Position numbers and translations under genes: made by a program | Shown: one piece after another, positions 37,801-46,340 of the stretch | Layout of the letters: every line of letters starts with the position of its first letter | How positions within the stretch are numbered: the stretch's first letter is position 1 | DNA from: an uncultured Candidatus Saccharibacteria bacterium | GTDB taxonomy: Bacteria; Patescibacteriota; Doudnabacteria; UBA920 | Direction: 5' to 3' | DNA: 64,000 bases | NCBI GenBank assembly: GCA_964504715.1 | Contig: CAZDEP010000001.1 | Location: forward strand, 97,842 to 161,841 | Notes under the pieces: model-generated | What the model was told of the DNA's origin: nothing | The model's database searches: none | What the model saw: only the letters and a program-made list of their open reading frames with translations

Positions 37801-38301
37801 TCCGTCGGCGGGATAATCGCCAAGCTCAGGCGGACATTAACCAAAAAGAATGACCCTATGGCTTTTGTGACTTTGGAAGACCCGAGCGGCACGGCCGAAG
37901 TGCTTGTTTTCCCCAAAGTTATGGAAAAAGCCCTCCCCTTTTTGCGCGGGGAAGCGGTGGTGGAAATAACCGGCCGGCTGTCGGTGGAAGAAGACGACTT
38001 TACAATAATCGCGGATGAATTAAAGGACCTCCCCAGGGATTCGGTATACGAAGTGGCTTTGGCGGAAATGGAGAAATCAAAATCGTTGGTAATTTTTATG
38101 AATTCGCTTGCCAGCCTAGGAGTGTTAAATAAAATTAAAGATGTCCTTGGGGGCCACGCCGGAAACGCGCAGGTGTATTTGCAGCTGGGAGTCGGGCCAA
38201 CTGCAAAAAAAATCAAGACGCAGAGTTCGGTCCGAATTAGTCCTGAATTGGTGGAAAGCCTAAAAAAAATACGTGAAATTTCCAAAGTGGATGCGGTATG
38301 A
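34804..38301 (+). CDS. dnaE: DNA polymerase III alpha subunit
   Basis: N-terminal PHP domain (VHLHCHSHYSLLDG), polymerase core and C-terminal OB domain, 1165 aa. Carries the 24-nt palindromic element ggcctgataaatcaggcaactact at 37391-37414. Confidence 0.95.
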   Translation: MNFVHLHCHSHYSLLDGLSKIDPLLTRAKELGMPALALTDHGTMYGAVEFYTHSKDIGIKPIIGLEAYIAPRNLADKEGRSDADYFHLTLLSKNSEGYANLIKLTTIAHLEGFYYKPRIDLEVLKKHSEGLIALSGCQRGEIPRAIMNRPQGEADKVLGKYLDIFGRENLFIEIQKNSRHDDPKELELLEKSVAFARHNSLPLVATADCHYIYPEDMEAQDVLVCIGTARTVGDANRLDMRGYDLSLKSAEKMAELFYQTPEALENTLKIAEMCNFEMKLNQRYFPSVPIPEGMTSAEFLRQLTYERAKNIYAKDGPNSPIPPEIQTRIDYELDIIIKKGFDTYFLMVADVVEGAHKVGAITNTRGSAAGSIVGYILGITNVDPLYFELPFERFLTAHRPTPPDIDLDIADNRRDEAIAYITKNYGRDKVAQIITFGTMKARAAVRDVGRALGVPYSKCDRIAKMIPIGKQGFDMTLDKALEMSPELKEVYAQDPETRTVLEIAKKIEGNARHASVHAAGLVITPTVLTDYMPLQKEPDGERIITQYDMYALDVNANSKAIGVVKLDLLGIRNLSILEAAVNLVKKRHNIDINIYKLPHPDKKTFELLGAGLTFGVFQLGSSGMTRYLRELKPASIFDIMAMIALYRPGPMQFIEDFIKRKHNPQHIKYFDPAFEKILHRTYGILVYQDDLLTIAHDLAGYSWEEVDKFRKAVGKKIPEEMAKQKIKFIQGCMSTSGWSHTKASEIWNWIEPFAAYGFNKSHSASYSVVAYQTAFMKANYPVEFMAAVMTAESGDEDKIYEAVEECKNLGIKILPPDVNTSDADFTVVDEKTIRFGLNAVKNLGSDVIAKIIESRSVVDPFMGPDKSGNYFQSLEDFLLRAHVKNFNKKSWEALVKAGALDNFGERNQLLASTEEVLDFVREHFKAEEQGQVSLFGKSLKLGQLVLKKVEPATKEDKLGWEKELLGMYVSAHPLDNYQKVLGHLSSIRQLKSAADGSIVSVGGIIAKLRRTLTKKNDPMAFVTLEDPSGTAEVLVFPKVMEKALPFLRGEAVVEITGRLSVEEDDFTIIADELKDLPRDSVYEVALAEMEKSKSLVIFMNSLASLGVLNKIKDVLGGHAGNAQVYLQLGVGPTAKKIKTQSSVRISPELVESLKKIREISKVDAV

Positions 38302-38622
38302 TTAAATTTAAGAAGCATGTAGGATCTTTGTTTTTATTTATCCACATCCGGCAAACATGCCCAGCTTGCATGCTTTGGAAGCTTATGTTATAGTGTTTTT
38401 AAGTTCTTCAAACGCTATTTACCAGGGCAACCAACCTTGGGAAGTTTGGAACAATTCAGTATAAAAGATCCCGATGTTCTAGAGCCATCGGGATGGACTG
38501 GGACGGAACCGTCTTAGTCCGTCACACGGACAAGACCCCAGGAATTAGTTCATCTTTTTTGATGCACTAATCCCGGGGTTTTGTTATTTTGTAAAAAGAC
38601 GGTTAATAAGAAATAATTTTTT
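38302..38622 (+). other. 320-nt structured non-coding spacer ending in terminator-like hairpin plus U-run; unassigned leader or ncRNA
   Basis: Hairpins atcccgatg/catcgggat, ggact..gacggaaccgtc..agtcc, gtccg/cggac. Long stem ccccaggaattag...ctaatcccgggg followed by ttttgttatttt. DnaA-box-like ttatccaca at 38340. Confidence 0.35.
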
Positions 38623-39309
38623 ATGGCTAAAGAATTTGTCTCGCCGGAGCGTGAAAATTTATGGGTAAATGAGTTCAAAAATGCAGTTTTGGGGCTGACT
38701 CAAAATAGTTTTGATGGCGGTCAATTACATATGAAAGCAGCCGATTTCCACGAAAGCGGGGGCTTAAACGACAGAATCTATTCACAGGAGGTTATTGTGC
38801 CTGACGAACTGGAGGATGAAGATTTGGGGTCTGTGATTAACGTTGCGACGTTTGAAGAACAGGGTAAAAAATTCCTTTCATTGAGTTTTTACCTTACCCC
38901 CTTCCTGGACGGAAAAGGTGTCCCGCAAAAAGTTTTAAAATATTTTTCCTCAAGACTTCCCGACTATGCTTTACGCCTTGATATTCTTCACAATAATACC
39001 CGATCAAACATGTTGGAGTCTATGCAAAAGAGCATGATAAAAAATCCTCAGGGCTGGAAAACAGAATTGGCACCGCAACTTTTGGCTTTCGCCGACCGCT
39101 CTTTAAAAGGTAGTGGCTATATTGTAACCGGAATAAAAGTGGAAGAAGATTTGGATATGGGAGTGTTGCCGGTAGTTTTTGCCTTGTCCGAGAGGGGGCT
39201 GGACAAGAGTTCTCGGCGGCGTGTGGAATTTGAGGAGCATATTGGCTTGGCCCAAGTTGAAGACACTTTAAATTTGACGGAAATTGCCAGGGGACATTTT
39301 AATGAGTGA
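38623..39309 (+). CDS. Hypothetical protein
   Basis: 228-aa ORF immediately upstream of thrS with no recognisable motif. Confidence 0.45.
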   Translation: MAKEFVSPERENLWVNEFKNAVLGLTQNSFDGGQLHMKAADFHESGGLNDRIYSQEVIVPDELEDEDLGSVINVATFEEQGKKFLSLSFYLTPFLDGKGVPQKVLKYFSSRLPDYALRLDILHNNTRSNMLESMQKSMIKNPQGWKTELAPQLLAFADRSLKGSGYIVTGIKVEEDLDMGVLPVVFALSERGLDKSSRRRVEFEEHIGLAQVEDTLNLTEIARGHFNE

Positions 39310-39380
39310 TATGATAATTAAATTTTAAATATTTAACCGGCCCGGGGTTTTGTCAAAGGGCTTTAAAAAAAGGAACGCAT

Positions 39381-41150
39381 ATGTCAAACCAGGAATATCT
39401 AAAAAAAGAAAGGCTGCAGAAAATCCGCCATACCATGGCGCATTTGACGGCGGCCGCGGTCAGAGAGCTTTGGCCAGGTTCGCAAAATGCCATTGGCCCG
39501 GCAATTGATGACGGTTTTTACCAGGATTTTGAAATTGCGGGTACTTTAACGGAGCAGGATTTGCCTAAAATCGAAAAGAAGATCCGGCAGCTCTTGCCCA
39601 AATGGACGCATTTTGAAAAAAAAGAAGTCACCAAGGAAGAAGCCTTAAAAGAGTTTGCCTGGAATAAATACAAAACCGAACTCATTCACGAATTTGCCGG
39701 CGAAGGTAAGGCCATTACTTTTTATAATGCACCGGGTTTTGTAGACTTGTGCAGAGGCGGCCACGCGGAGAGTCCGGTAAAAGACGTAAAGCCGGACGCG
39801 TTTAAGCTGACCAAAGTTGCGGGCGCATACTGGCGCGGGGACGAAAAAAACAAAATGCTCACGCGCGTTTACGGCGTGGCTTTTGAAAGCAAACAGGAAT
39901 TGGAAGCGTATTTAAATATGCTGGCGGAAGCGGAAAAGCGCAACCATAAAGTTTTAGGGCCCAAGTTAGATTTATTTACAACCTCGGACTTGGTTGGCGC
40001 CGGGCTTCCTCTTTGGACTCCCAAGGGTACGCTTTTAAGGACTTTGCTTGACGATTACGTGTGGTCGTTGAGGAAAAAACTTGGTTATGAAAAAGTGGAG
40101 ATCCCCCACATTACCAAAAAAGAGCTATATGAGACCAGCGGGCACTGGGACAAGTTTAAAAACGAACTGTTTAGGATAACCACCCGCGAGGGCCATGAAT
40201 TTGCCATGAAGCCGATGAATTGCCCGCACCATACCCAAATTTACGCGCGCAAATTGTGGAGTTACCGCGAGTTACCACAGCGCTACGCCAACACCACCAC
40301 CTGTTACCGCGACGAGCAAACCGGGGAACTTGCTGGGCTTTCCCGCGTGCGCGCTTTTACGCAGGACGATGCGCACGTATTCTGCCGCTTTGACCAAGTG
40401 GAAGAAGAGCTCGGTAAAATTTGGGACAAAGTGGTTGAACCGTTCTATAAAAGTTTCGGCTTTAAGCTCCGTTTGAGGCTTTCGCTTTACGATCCGGAAA
40501 AGAAAGCGAATTATCTGGGTGGTGAGGATAAATGGCAAAAAGCGGAGGCCGTCCTTAGGAAATTGGCTAACGAACGCAAGGTGGATTTTTTTGAAGGCCT
40601 GGGTGAAGCCGCGTTTTACGGGCCCAAGCTGGATTTTATGGCCCAAGATTCTTTGGGCCGCGAATGGCAAGTCGCCACAATCCAGCTGGATATGAACCAG
40701 CCGGAAAGGTTTGATTTGGTTTGTGTGGACGAAAAAGGACAACGGGAAAGGATTGTAATGATCCACGCTGCGATTATGGGCTCCATTGACCGCTTCCTTT
40801 CCATACTTATAGAACATACGGGCGGCGCTTTTCCCTTGTGGCTCTCCCCCGTCCAGGCTGCCGTTTTGCCAATATCCAAAAAGCAAAACGCGTATGCCAA
40901 AAGAGTGATAAAAGAGTTAAACGCCTCCACATCTGATTTAAGGGCCGAAATTGACGACCGCGACGAATCGGTGGGCAAAAAAATCCGCGAAGCCACCATC
41001 CAAAAAATTCCCTACCTGCTTATAGTGGGCGAAAAGGAAGCCAAGGCGAAAAAGGTTGCCGTAAGAACCCGGGAAGGCAAAGATCTGGGGGTTATGGCCG
41101 TCAAAAAATTGGCGGAGAAATTAAACCTGGAAATTGAAAAGAAAAAATAA
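39381..41150 (+). CDS. thrS: Threonyl-tRNA synthetase (short form lacking N-terminal TGS domain)
   Basis: Editing-domain HTMAHLTAAA motif, class II catalytic core, C-terminal anticodon-binding domain. Confidence 0.9.
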   Translation: MSNQEYLKKERLQKIRHTMAHLTAAAVRELWPGSQNAIGPAIDDGFYQDFEIAGTLTEQDLPKIEKKIRQLLPKWTHFEKKEVTKEEALKEFAWNKYKTELIHEFAGEGKAITFYNAPGFVDLCRGGHAESPVKDVKPDAFKLTKVAGAYWRGDEKNKMLTRVYGVAFESKQELEAYLNMLAEAEKRNHKVLGPKLDLFTTSDLVGAGLPLWTPKGTLLRTLLDDYVWSLRKKLGYEKVEIPHITKKELYETSGHWDKFKNELFRITTREGHEFAMKPMNCPHHTQIYARKLWSYRELPQRYANTTTCYRDEQTGELAGLSRVRAFTQDDAHVFCRFDQVEEELGKIWDKVVEPFYKSFGFKLRLRLSLYDPEKKANYLGGEDKWQKAEAVLRKLANERKVDFFEGLGEAAFYGPKLDFMAQDSLGREWQVATIQLDMNQPERFDLVCVDEKGQRERIVMIHAAIMGSIDRFLSILIEHTGGAFPLWLSPVQAAVLPISKKQNAYAKRVIKELNASTSDLRAEIDDRDESVGKKIREATIQKIPYLLIVGEKEAKAKKVAVRTREGKDLGVMAVKKLAEKLNLEIEKKK

Positions 41151-41246
41151 TCTTAAGTTTTTTCGCTAAGGGGAAGAGGGGTTATTGCAGGTGGTTAGTG
41201 GTGTTATCTTGCTGACTTCAAACCTTCTTCCCCGGGGGTGTGGATA

Positions 41247-41274
41247 TTGACAAATTTCCAAAATCTGCTATAAT
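41247..41274 (+). promoter_or_regulatory. Consensus sigma-70 promoter (TTGACA, 16 nt, TATAAT) followed by a roughly 120-nt structured 5' UTR of the RRM protein gene
   Basis: ttgacaaatttccaaaatctgctataat. UTR has a 10-bp enclosing stem aagagctca...tgagctctt. Confidence 0.6.
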
Positions 41275-41398
41275 ATAGCCAGTCATCTTAGTTTAAGTGT
41301 CCTCAAGCTTTTTTTAAGAGCTCAAAAGACAGTCTTAAATTGTTTAATAAATTTTAGTAAGAGTGTAAGGTGAGCTCTTAGAGAAAGCCTTTGAAAAA

Positions 41399-41710
41399 AT
41401 GGCGAAGAAACTCTTTATCGGCAGTCTGCCTTGGGCGACTACCGGTGACGACCTTAAGCAGCTTTTTTCCCAACACGGCACCGTTACTTCGGCTACCGTG
41501 ATAATGGATAAAATGACTGGCAGGTCTCGCGGTTTTGGTTTCGTTGAATTTGAAAACGATGCCGAAGCTGACGCCGCAGTTGCAGCCTTAAATGGTTACA
41601 CTTTGAGCGGCAGGCAAATTACCGTTAACGAAGCCCGTCCTATGGAAGACAGGCCTCCCCGCAGAAATTTCGGCGGCGGTAACGGCGGCGGTTGGAACAA
41701 CAACCGTTAA
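41399..41710 (+). CDS. Glycine-rich RNA-binding protein (single RRM)
   Basis: RNP-2 LFIGSL, RNP-1 RGFGFVEF, C-terminal GGGNGGGWNNNR tail. Confidence 0.9.
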   Translation: MAKKLFIGSLPWATTGDDLKQLFSQHGTVTSATVIMDKMTGRSRGFGFVEFENDAEADAAVAALNGYTLSGRQITVNEARPMEDRPPRRNFGGGNGGGWNNNR

Positions 41711-41714
41711 TCCT

Positions 41715-41770
41715 TTCCACAAAAAAAATTCCTCCTCTCGCCAAAAGCGGGAGGAGGAATTTTAAATTAC
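41715..41770. terminator. Bidirectional intrinsic terminator (AATTCCTCCTC ... GGAGGAGGAATTTT)
   Basis: Perfect 11-bp stem between convergent genes with A/T runs on both sides. Confidence 0.6.
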
Positions 41771-41783
41771 GGAATTTAGGGGA

Positions 41784-42545
41784 TTAAGTCAGAATGGTTG
41801 GTTCGCCTCGAGTTATGGCCAGTGTGTGCTCAAAGTGGGCAGAAAGGCCGCCATCTGCCGTGCGAATAGTCCAGCTGTCGTCATCTATAAAAATTCGCCA
41901 GCTTCCTTCGGCAAGCATGGGTTCTATGGCCAATACCATGCCTTCTTTAAGCTCCATGCCCTGGCCTTTTTTTCCAAAGCAGGGAACTTGCGGATCTTCG
42001 TGTACCTCATAGCCAACCCCGTGTCCGACCAAATCCCTAATCACTGAAAAACCGGCGCCTTCGGCAACAGTTTGGATGGCATAGCCTATATCACCTATTG
42101 TTTTGCCTGCTTTGGCGACGCCGAGCGCGGCCAAAAGGGCTCTTTGTGTCGCGTCAATTATTTTTTTTGCAGTGTCCCCTATTTTGCCAACGGGCACGGT
42201 AATTGCCGTGTCGGTAAAGAGCTCCTTAAATTCCATGCCAATATCCAAGCCGACAATATCGCCTTCTTTAAGCACTACTTTTTTTGAAGGGATGCCGTGG
42301 ACAATTTCGTCATTGATCGAAGTGCAGAGCGCGGCCGGAAATTCATTGCCTTTCGGCCCATAGCCTTTAAAACTGGGTCGTCCCCCGGCTTGATAAATTG
42401 CTTTTTCGGCAAATTCGTTTAGTTCCCACGTTGTCACGCCGGGTTTGACCAGCTTTGCCGTGCGATATAAAATATCGCGCAAGATTTTACCGCCCTGCGC
42501 GATTGTGGTAATTTCTTCCGGGGTTTTTATAAAACCTTTTTTCAT
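41784..42545 (-). CDS. map: Methionine aminopeptidase, type I
   Basis: Pita-bread fold metal ligand regions (GDIVGLDIG ... HGVGYEVHEDP). Confidence 0.9.
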   Translation of the reverse strand: MKKGFIKTPEEITTIAQGGKILRDILYRTAKLVKPGVTTWELNEFAEKAIYQAGGRPSFKGYGPKGNEFPAALCTSINDEIVHGIPSKKVVLKEGDIVGLDIGMEFKELFTDTAITVPVGKIGDTAKKIIDATQRALLAALGVAKAGKTIGDIGYAIQTVAEGAGFSVIRDLVGHGVGYEVHEDPQVPCFGKKGQGMELKEGMVLAIEPMLAEGSWRIFIDDDSWTIRTADGGLSAHFEHTLAITRGEPTILT

Positions 42546-43147
42546 TTCTGGAAATTATTTAATAGGCCCACCAAAACTTTTTGGACTTGTGGCACAGGGG
42601 CGTTGGAAGAGATTTTTTTGAATGCGTAAACTTTGCGGAAGAAGTTGACTACTTCCGTAATGTTCGTGCGGTAGTATTTTACCCGCTCTTTTAAAGCCGC
42701 GGCATTGTCGTCGCTTCTTTTGCCGAATTTGCCCCGGAAGTCCTGCTTGCGTTCGGTCATACGCCGCACGGTTTCTTCCATGGGGATGGTGAGATAAATG
42801 ACCAGCGGATTGCCGCGCCTTTCAGCCTTAAGCCATTTGGCGACCAGCTTTGCCTCGCCGAGCATTTTGGGCGTGCCGTCAAAAAGTATCCCTTTGCTTT
42901 TAGGCGTGGAGTGGATTTTGTCGTGCAAAATTTTCCTGACAATTTGCGTGGGGCTGAGCTTGCCTTTGTCGTAAGTTTTATCCAGGCCCAATTTCTTTCT
43001 CTCTTGCCCGCTTTTGACTTTGCGCAATTCTTTGCCCATATCCAGGTCGTACATATTAAAAAGGCGGCACAAATGTTTGGCGTGTGTGGCTTTGCCTGCT
43101 GCCGGGTCCCCCAGTAAAATCAAATTGATTGGCAATCTTGGATTCAT
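42542..43147 (-). CDS. Divergent adenylate/nucleoside-monophosphate kinase-like P-loop protein
   Basis: P-loop LLGDPAAGKATHAK and NMP-kinase-like layout. 4-nt overlap with map. Confidence 0.5.
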   Translation of the reverse strand: MNPRLPINLILLGDPAAGKATHAKHLCRLFNMYDLDMGKELRKVKSGQERKKLGLDKTYDKGKLSPTQIVRKILHDKIHSTPKSKGILFDGTPKMLGEAKLVAKWLKAERRGNPLVIYLTIPMEETVRRMTERKQDFRGKFGKRSDDNAAALKERVKYYRTNITEVVNFFRKVYAFKKISSNAPVPQVQKVLVGLLNNFQK

Positions 43148-43158
43148 AAAGAGGCAAT

Positions 43159-43731
43159 TTAGAGGCCGAGTGAAGAGTTAATTGCTTGGGTAACCTTTTC
43201 TATTTCCGGGCGTCCGTCTATTTGGACAAAACTCGTGCGTTGTTTTAAATATTCCACTACCGGCAGTGTGGCCTGGTAATATTGTTCCAGCCTTTTTTCA
43301 ATAACTTCCTGCGTATCGTCAGCGCGGTTTTCCTTTTCGGCTCGTGCCAAAAGGCGTTGTAAGGAGTCTTCTTTGGGCAAGTCTATAAATAAAGTCGTGA
43401 AATTCTCCCGGCCCTGCTGCTTTAAAAACCGGATTAAAAATTCCGCTTGGCCCACTCTCCTTGGGATCCCGTCAAAAATTACGCCTTGGTCTTTAGGGAT
43501 ATGCGAAAGGCGCGACTCCACGACTTCAAAAAGTTTTTCGTCCGGAAGTAAAATTCCATTGTCGACCATATTTTTTACTTCGTCGCCCAAAACGGTCTTT
43601 TCTTTGGCCACTTCCCTAAGTATGCCGCCCATTTCCCAATAAAAAAACCCCAGCTTTTCGGCCAGTATTCGCGCTTGTGTGCCTTTGCCCGACCCTTGTG
43701 GGCCTATTAAAAATATTGTGTTTAAGGCCAT
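43159..43731 (-). CDS. adk: Adenylate kinase (short LID type)
   Basis: IFLIGPQGSGKGTQA P-loop, GILLPDE, VIFDGIPRRV motifs. Confidence 0.9.
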   Translation of the reverse strand: MALNTIFLIGPQGSGKGTQARILAEKLGFFYWEMGGILREVAKEKTVLGDEVKNMVDNGILLPDEKLFEVVESRLSHIPKDQGVIFDGIPRRVGQAEFLIRFLKQQGRENFTTLFIDLPKEDSLQRLLARAEKENRADDTQEVIEKRLEQYYQATLPVVEYLKQRTSFVQIDGRPEIEKVTQAINSSLGL

Positions 43732-43922
43732 ATTTTAAGTTAAATCGGCTTTGGAATATTAACAGCTTGCAATGTATTGGCTATATTTTAAAACATTTTT
43801 GGAAATTTGTCGAGATTCTGTTATAATTTTTGTGTCAACCTGAACTTATTTCAGGATCCAGGAAATAAGAAATCAAAAACAAAAAAATGGATTCCGTATC
43901 AAGTACGGAATGACAGACAAGC

Positions 43923-45626
43923 TTGGAGTTCAATCTTTTTTATCAAATTACAGGCATAATAGTCTTGGCCGGCATTGTGGCAATGCTGGTGTCCTTCCTC
44001 CGGCAGCCTTCCATAATCGCATTCATTATTACCGGTTTGGTGGTGGGCCCCTTAGGCTACATGCAGCTCCACCAAAGCGGCACGCTGGACGCCCTCGGCC
44101 AAATAGGCATCACCTTGCTGTTGTTCATGGTTGGTTTGGAATTGGATTTAAAACGCATAAAGCAGCTGGGCAAAGTTTCTTTTAAGGCCGGCTTGGCCCA
44201 AATTGTATTAACAACTGTGGCCGGATTTTTCCTTTGCACCCTGTTGGGTTTTGACCCGGTGGTTTCTTTATATGTGGCTGTCGCTTTAACTTTTGCCTCC
44301 ACCATAATTGTCGTAAAATTGCTTTCGGAAAAAAAGGATCTGCAGGCGCTTTATGCCCGCATAGTTGTTGGCGTTTTAATAGTCCAGGATTTTGTCGCTT
44401 TGGCCATATTGCTGTTCGTGGGCGGCAGCGGCGGCGAACACAACGATATTTTTAAAGCGCTTCCCACTTGGCAGTATTTGATTGCCATGGTGGTTAAGGT
44501 TTTAATTTTGATTCTGCTGCTTTCCTGGCTAAGCCGCAAATTATTCCCGAAATTTTTAACCCGCTTTGGAAAGTCCGACGAACTTTTGATGGTCTTTTCC
44601 CTCGCCTGGGCTTTGGGCCTGGCGGCGTTTATGTCTTTGCCCGCGGTGGGTTTTTCTTTGGAGATTGGCGGATTTGTTGCCGGTTTGGCTTTGGCAAACA
44701 GCCATGTCCATTTTGAAATTTCGGCGCGGATTAAGTCGCTGAGGGACTTTTTCATTATCATTTTTTTCATTGTGTTTGGCACCAAACTGGCTTTTGCCGG
44801 CATTGGCGCGTTGTTCTGGCCGGTGTTGGCATTGTGCGGTTTTGTGCTTGTCGGGCAGCCGCTAATTATGATGTTGATTATGGGTGCTTTGGGCTACAAG
44901 CCGCGCACGTCTTTTTTTGCGGCGGTTACGATGTCTCATATTTCTGAGTTTAGCTTCGTGCTCATAGCTTTGGGCAACCGGCTGGGGCATATCCCCGATG
45001 CCATAGTCGGCGCGGTAACCTTGGTGGGGGTAATTTCAATTGCAGCCTCCTCTTACTTTATTACCTATACCCGTAAAATTTTTGACGTTCTTTCCCCTTA
45101 CCTCACCTGGTTGGATTTTAAAAAAGGCAGCGGTGAAAAAAGTTTGGAAGATACAAAATTAAAAAACCATATTATTTTGGCGGGCGCCAACCGTTTGGGC
45201 TCGAGATTTTTGGCTTCACTGGCTTCAAAAAATAAAATCGTTGTCGTGGATTTTGATCCCCACATCGTGCAAAAGTCGGAGAAAGAAGGTTATTTGGCAA
45301 TTTGCGGCGACGTGACCGACCCATATATTCAGGAGCAAGTCAGCATTTCTACAGCTAAAATTATAGTTTCTACCATACCGGATTTGGAAGACAGCCTCGC
45401 TTTGCTTTCGGCCGTAAAACAGCAAACGCGAGGACAGACGCGGCGGCCCAAGTTGATTTTTGTCGCGCAAAACGATTTTGAAAGCAAATATTTGTACGAA
45501 GAAGGCGTGGACTACGTTTTGTCCCCTCATTTTATTGGAGGTCTGCACCTTTCGCGCATATTGGACGGTGACATTGGCCTCGCGGGCTTAAAATCCCTGC
45601 GCAAACAGCATTTGGAAGTACTTTAA
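43923..45626 (+). CDS. Monovalent cation:proton antiporter (CPA2, KefB-like) with C-terminal TrkA-N/RCK domain
   Basis: About 11 TM helices then Rossmann-like HIILAGANRLG...VVVDFD. TTG start. Confidence 0.75.
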   Translation: MEFNLFYQITGIIVLAGIVAMLVSFLRQPSIIAFIITGLVVGPLGYMQLHQSGTLDALGQIGITLLLFMVGLELDLKRIKQLGKVSFKAGLAQIVLTTVAGFFLCTLLGFDPVVSLYVAVALTFASTIIVVKLLSEKKDLQALYARIVVGVLIVQDFVALAILLFVGGSGGEHNDIFKALPTWQYLIAMVVKVLILILLLSWLSRKLFPKFLTRFGKSDELLMVFSLAWALGLAAFMSLPAVGFSLEIGGFVAGLALANSHVHFEISARIKSLRDFFIIIFFIVFGTKLAFAGIGALFWPVLALCGFVLVGQPLIMMLIMGALGYKPRTSFFAAVTMSHISEFSFVLIALGNRLGHIPDAIVGAVTLVGVISIAASSYFITYTRKIFDVLSPYLTWLDFKKGSGEKSLEDTKLKNHIILAGANRLGSRFLASLASKNKIVVVDFDPHIVQKSEKEGYLAICGDVTDPYIQEQVSISTAKIIVSTIPDLEDSLALLSAVKQQTRGQTRRPKLIFVAQNDFESKYLYEEGVDYVLSPHFIGGLHLSRILDGDIGLAGLKSLRKQHLEVL

Positions 45627-45666
45627 AAAAACATCCCAATCTGATCGGGATGTTTTTTTTAAATGT

Positions 45667-46212
45667 TTAGTTTTGGTAGTTTTTGGCAAATTCAAGCAAT
45701 TCCTTAAGCATATTTCTGCCTATTTCCATATCCGTTGCTCTTTTTTCAAGCTGGGACTGGCCTTTGGTACGGCCCTTTTTTTCAGGCGCTAACCTGTCGA
45801 AATCTGTCGTGGTTTTGGCTACTACATTCCAATAATCTCTTGCGAGCGTTTGCAGTTGCAGAAGTTTATTTGATGCTCCAGAATAATCCGGTGCATTGTT
45901 TTTTAGGTTTTCTCCGAAAACCGCCCTCCCCAGAAAGTAATCCGCTCCCGAAAGTTCTTCCACGCTGGTATTTATAGTTCCTTGGCTTTTGTATATTTCC
46001 TTAAGAAGTTCATACTCATCGCTTAAAAGTGACTTAAATGCCTGCTCAAAATTAGGGCTTGATTCCCTGACGAATTGATTAAGCTCGTTTGGAGTGTAGT
46101 CTCTTTGGGAAAGCATCTCTTGGATTTTGTACCAGCCGGCTTTTACCCTCCCGAGAAGCTCAATTTTCCTGGCTTCGGGATTTCCCATTTCCGGCGAATT
46201 GAAACTTGTCAT
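45667..46212 (-). CDS. Hypothetical protein
   Basis: 181-aa ORF with no recognisable motif. Bidirectional terminator at 45627-45663. Confidence 0.4.
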   Translation of the reverse strand: MTSFNSPEMGNPEARKIELLGRVKAGWYKIQEMLSQRDYTPNELNQFVRESSPNFEQAFKSLLSDEYELLKEIYKSQGTINTSVEELSGADYFLGRAVFGENLKNNAPDYSGASNKLLQLQTLARDYWNVVAKTTTDFDRLAPEKKGRTKGQSQLEKRATDMEIGRNMLKELLEFAKNYQN

Positions 46213-46340
46213 ATGGTTGTTTTGATTAATAAAGGTTTGTACTAAATTAAGTCTAAGCGTTTGCTTTTAGGTTGTCAATAATTTTGCCTTTTAATTTAGC
46301 CCAAATACCCAAATTTGCCAGGGTATGATAATATTCCATT

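Noticed and set aside
11303-38348. oriC call from DnaA-box-like TTATCCACA at 11303, 38340 and reverse-complement 16826
   Set aside because: There are only three scattered 9-mers, one of them inside a CDS. No clustered boxes, no AT-rich DUE, and neither dnaA nor dnaN is nearby.
38302-38622. T-box riboswitch upstream of the thrS-proximal gene
   Set aside because: The conserved T-box sequence (AAUUAGGGUGGNACCGCG) and a specifier-loop arrangement are absent.
43840-43922. c-di-AMP (ydaO) riboswitch upstream of the KefB-like transporter
   Set aside because: The leader has only two short hairpins in about 80 nt. It is too short and lacks the pseudo-twofold ydaO architecture.
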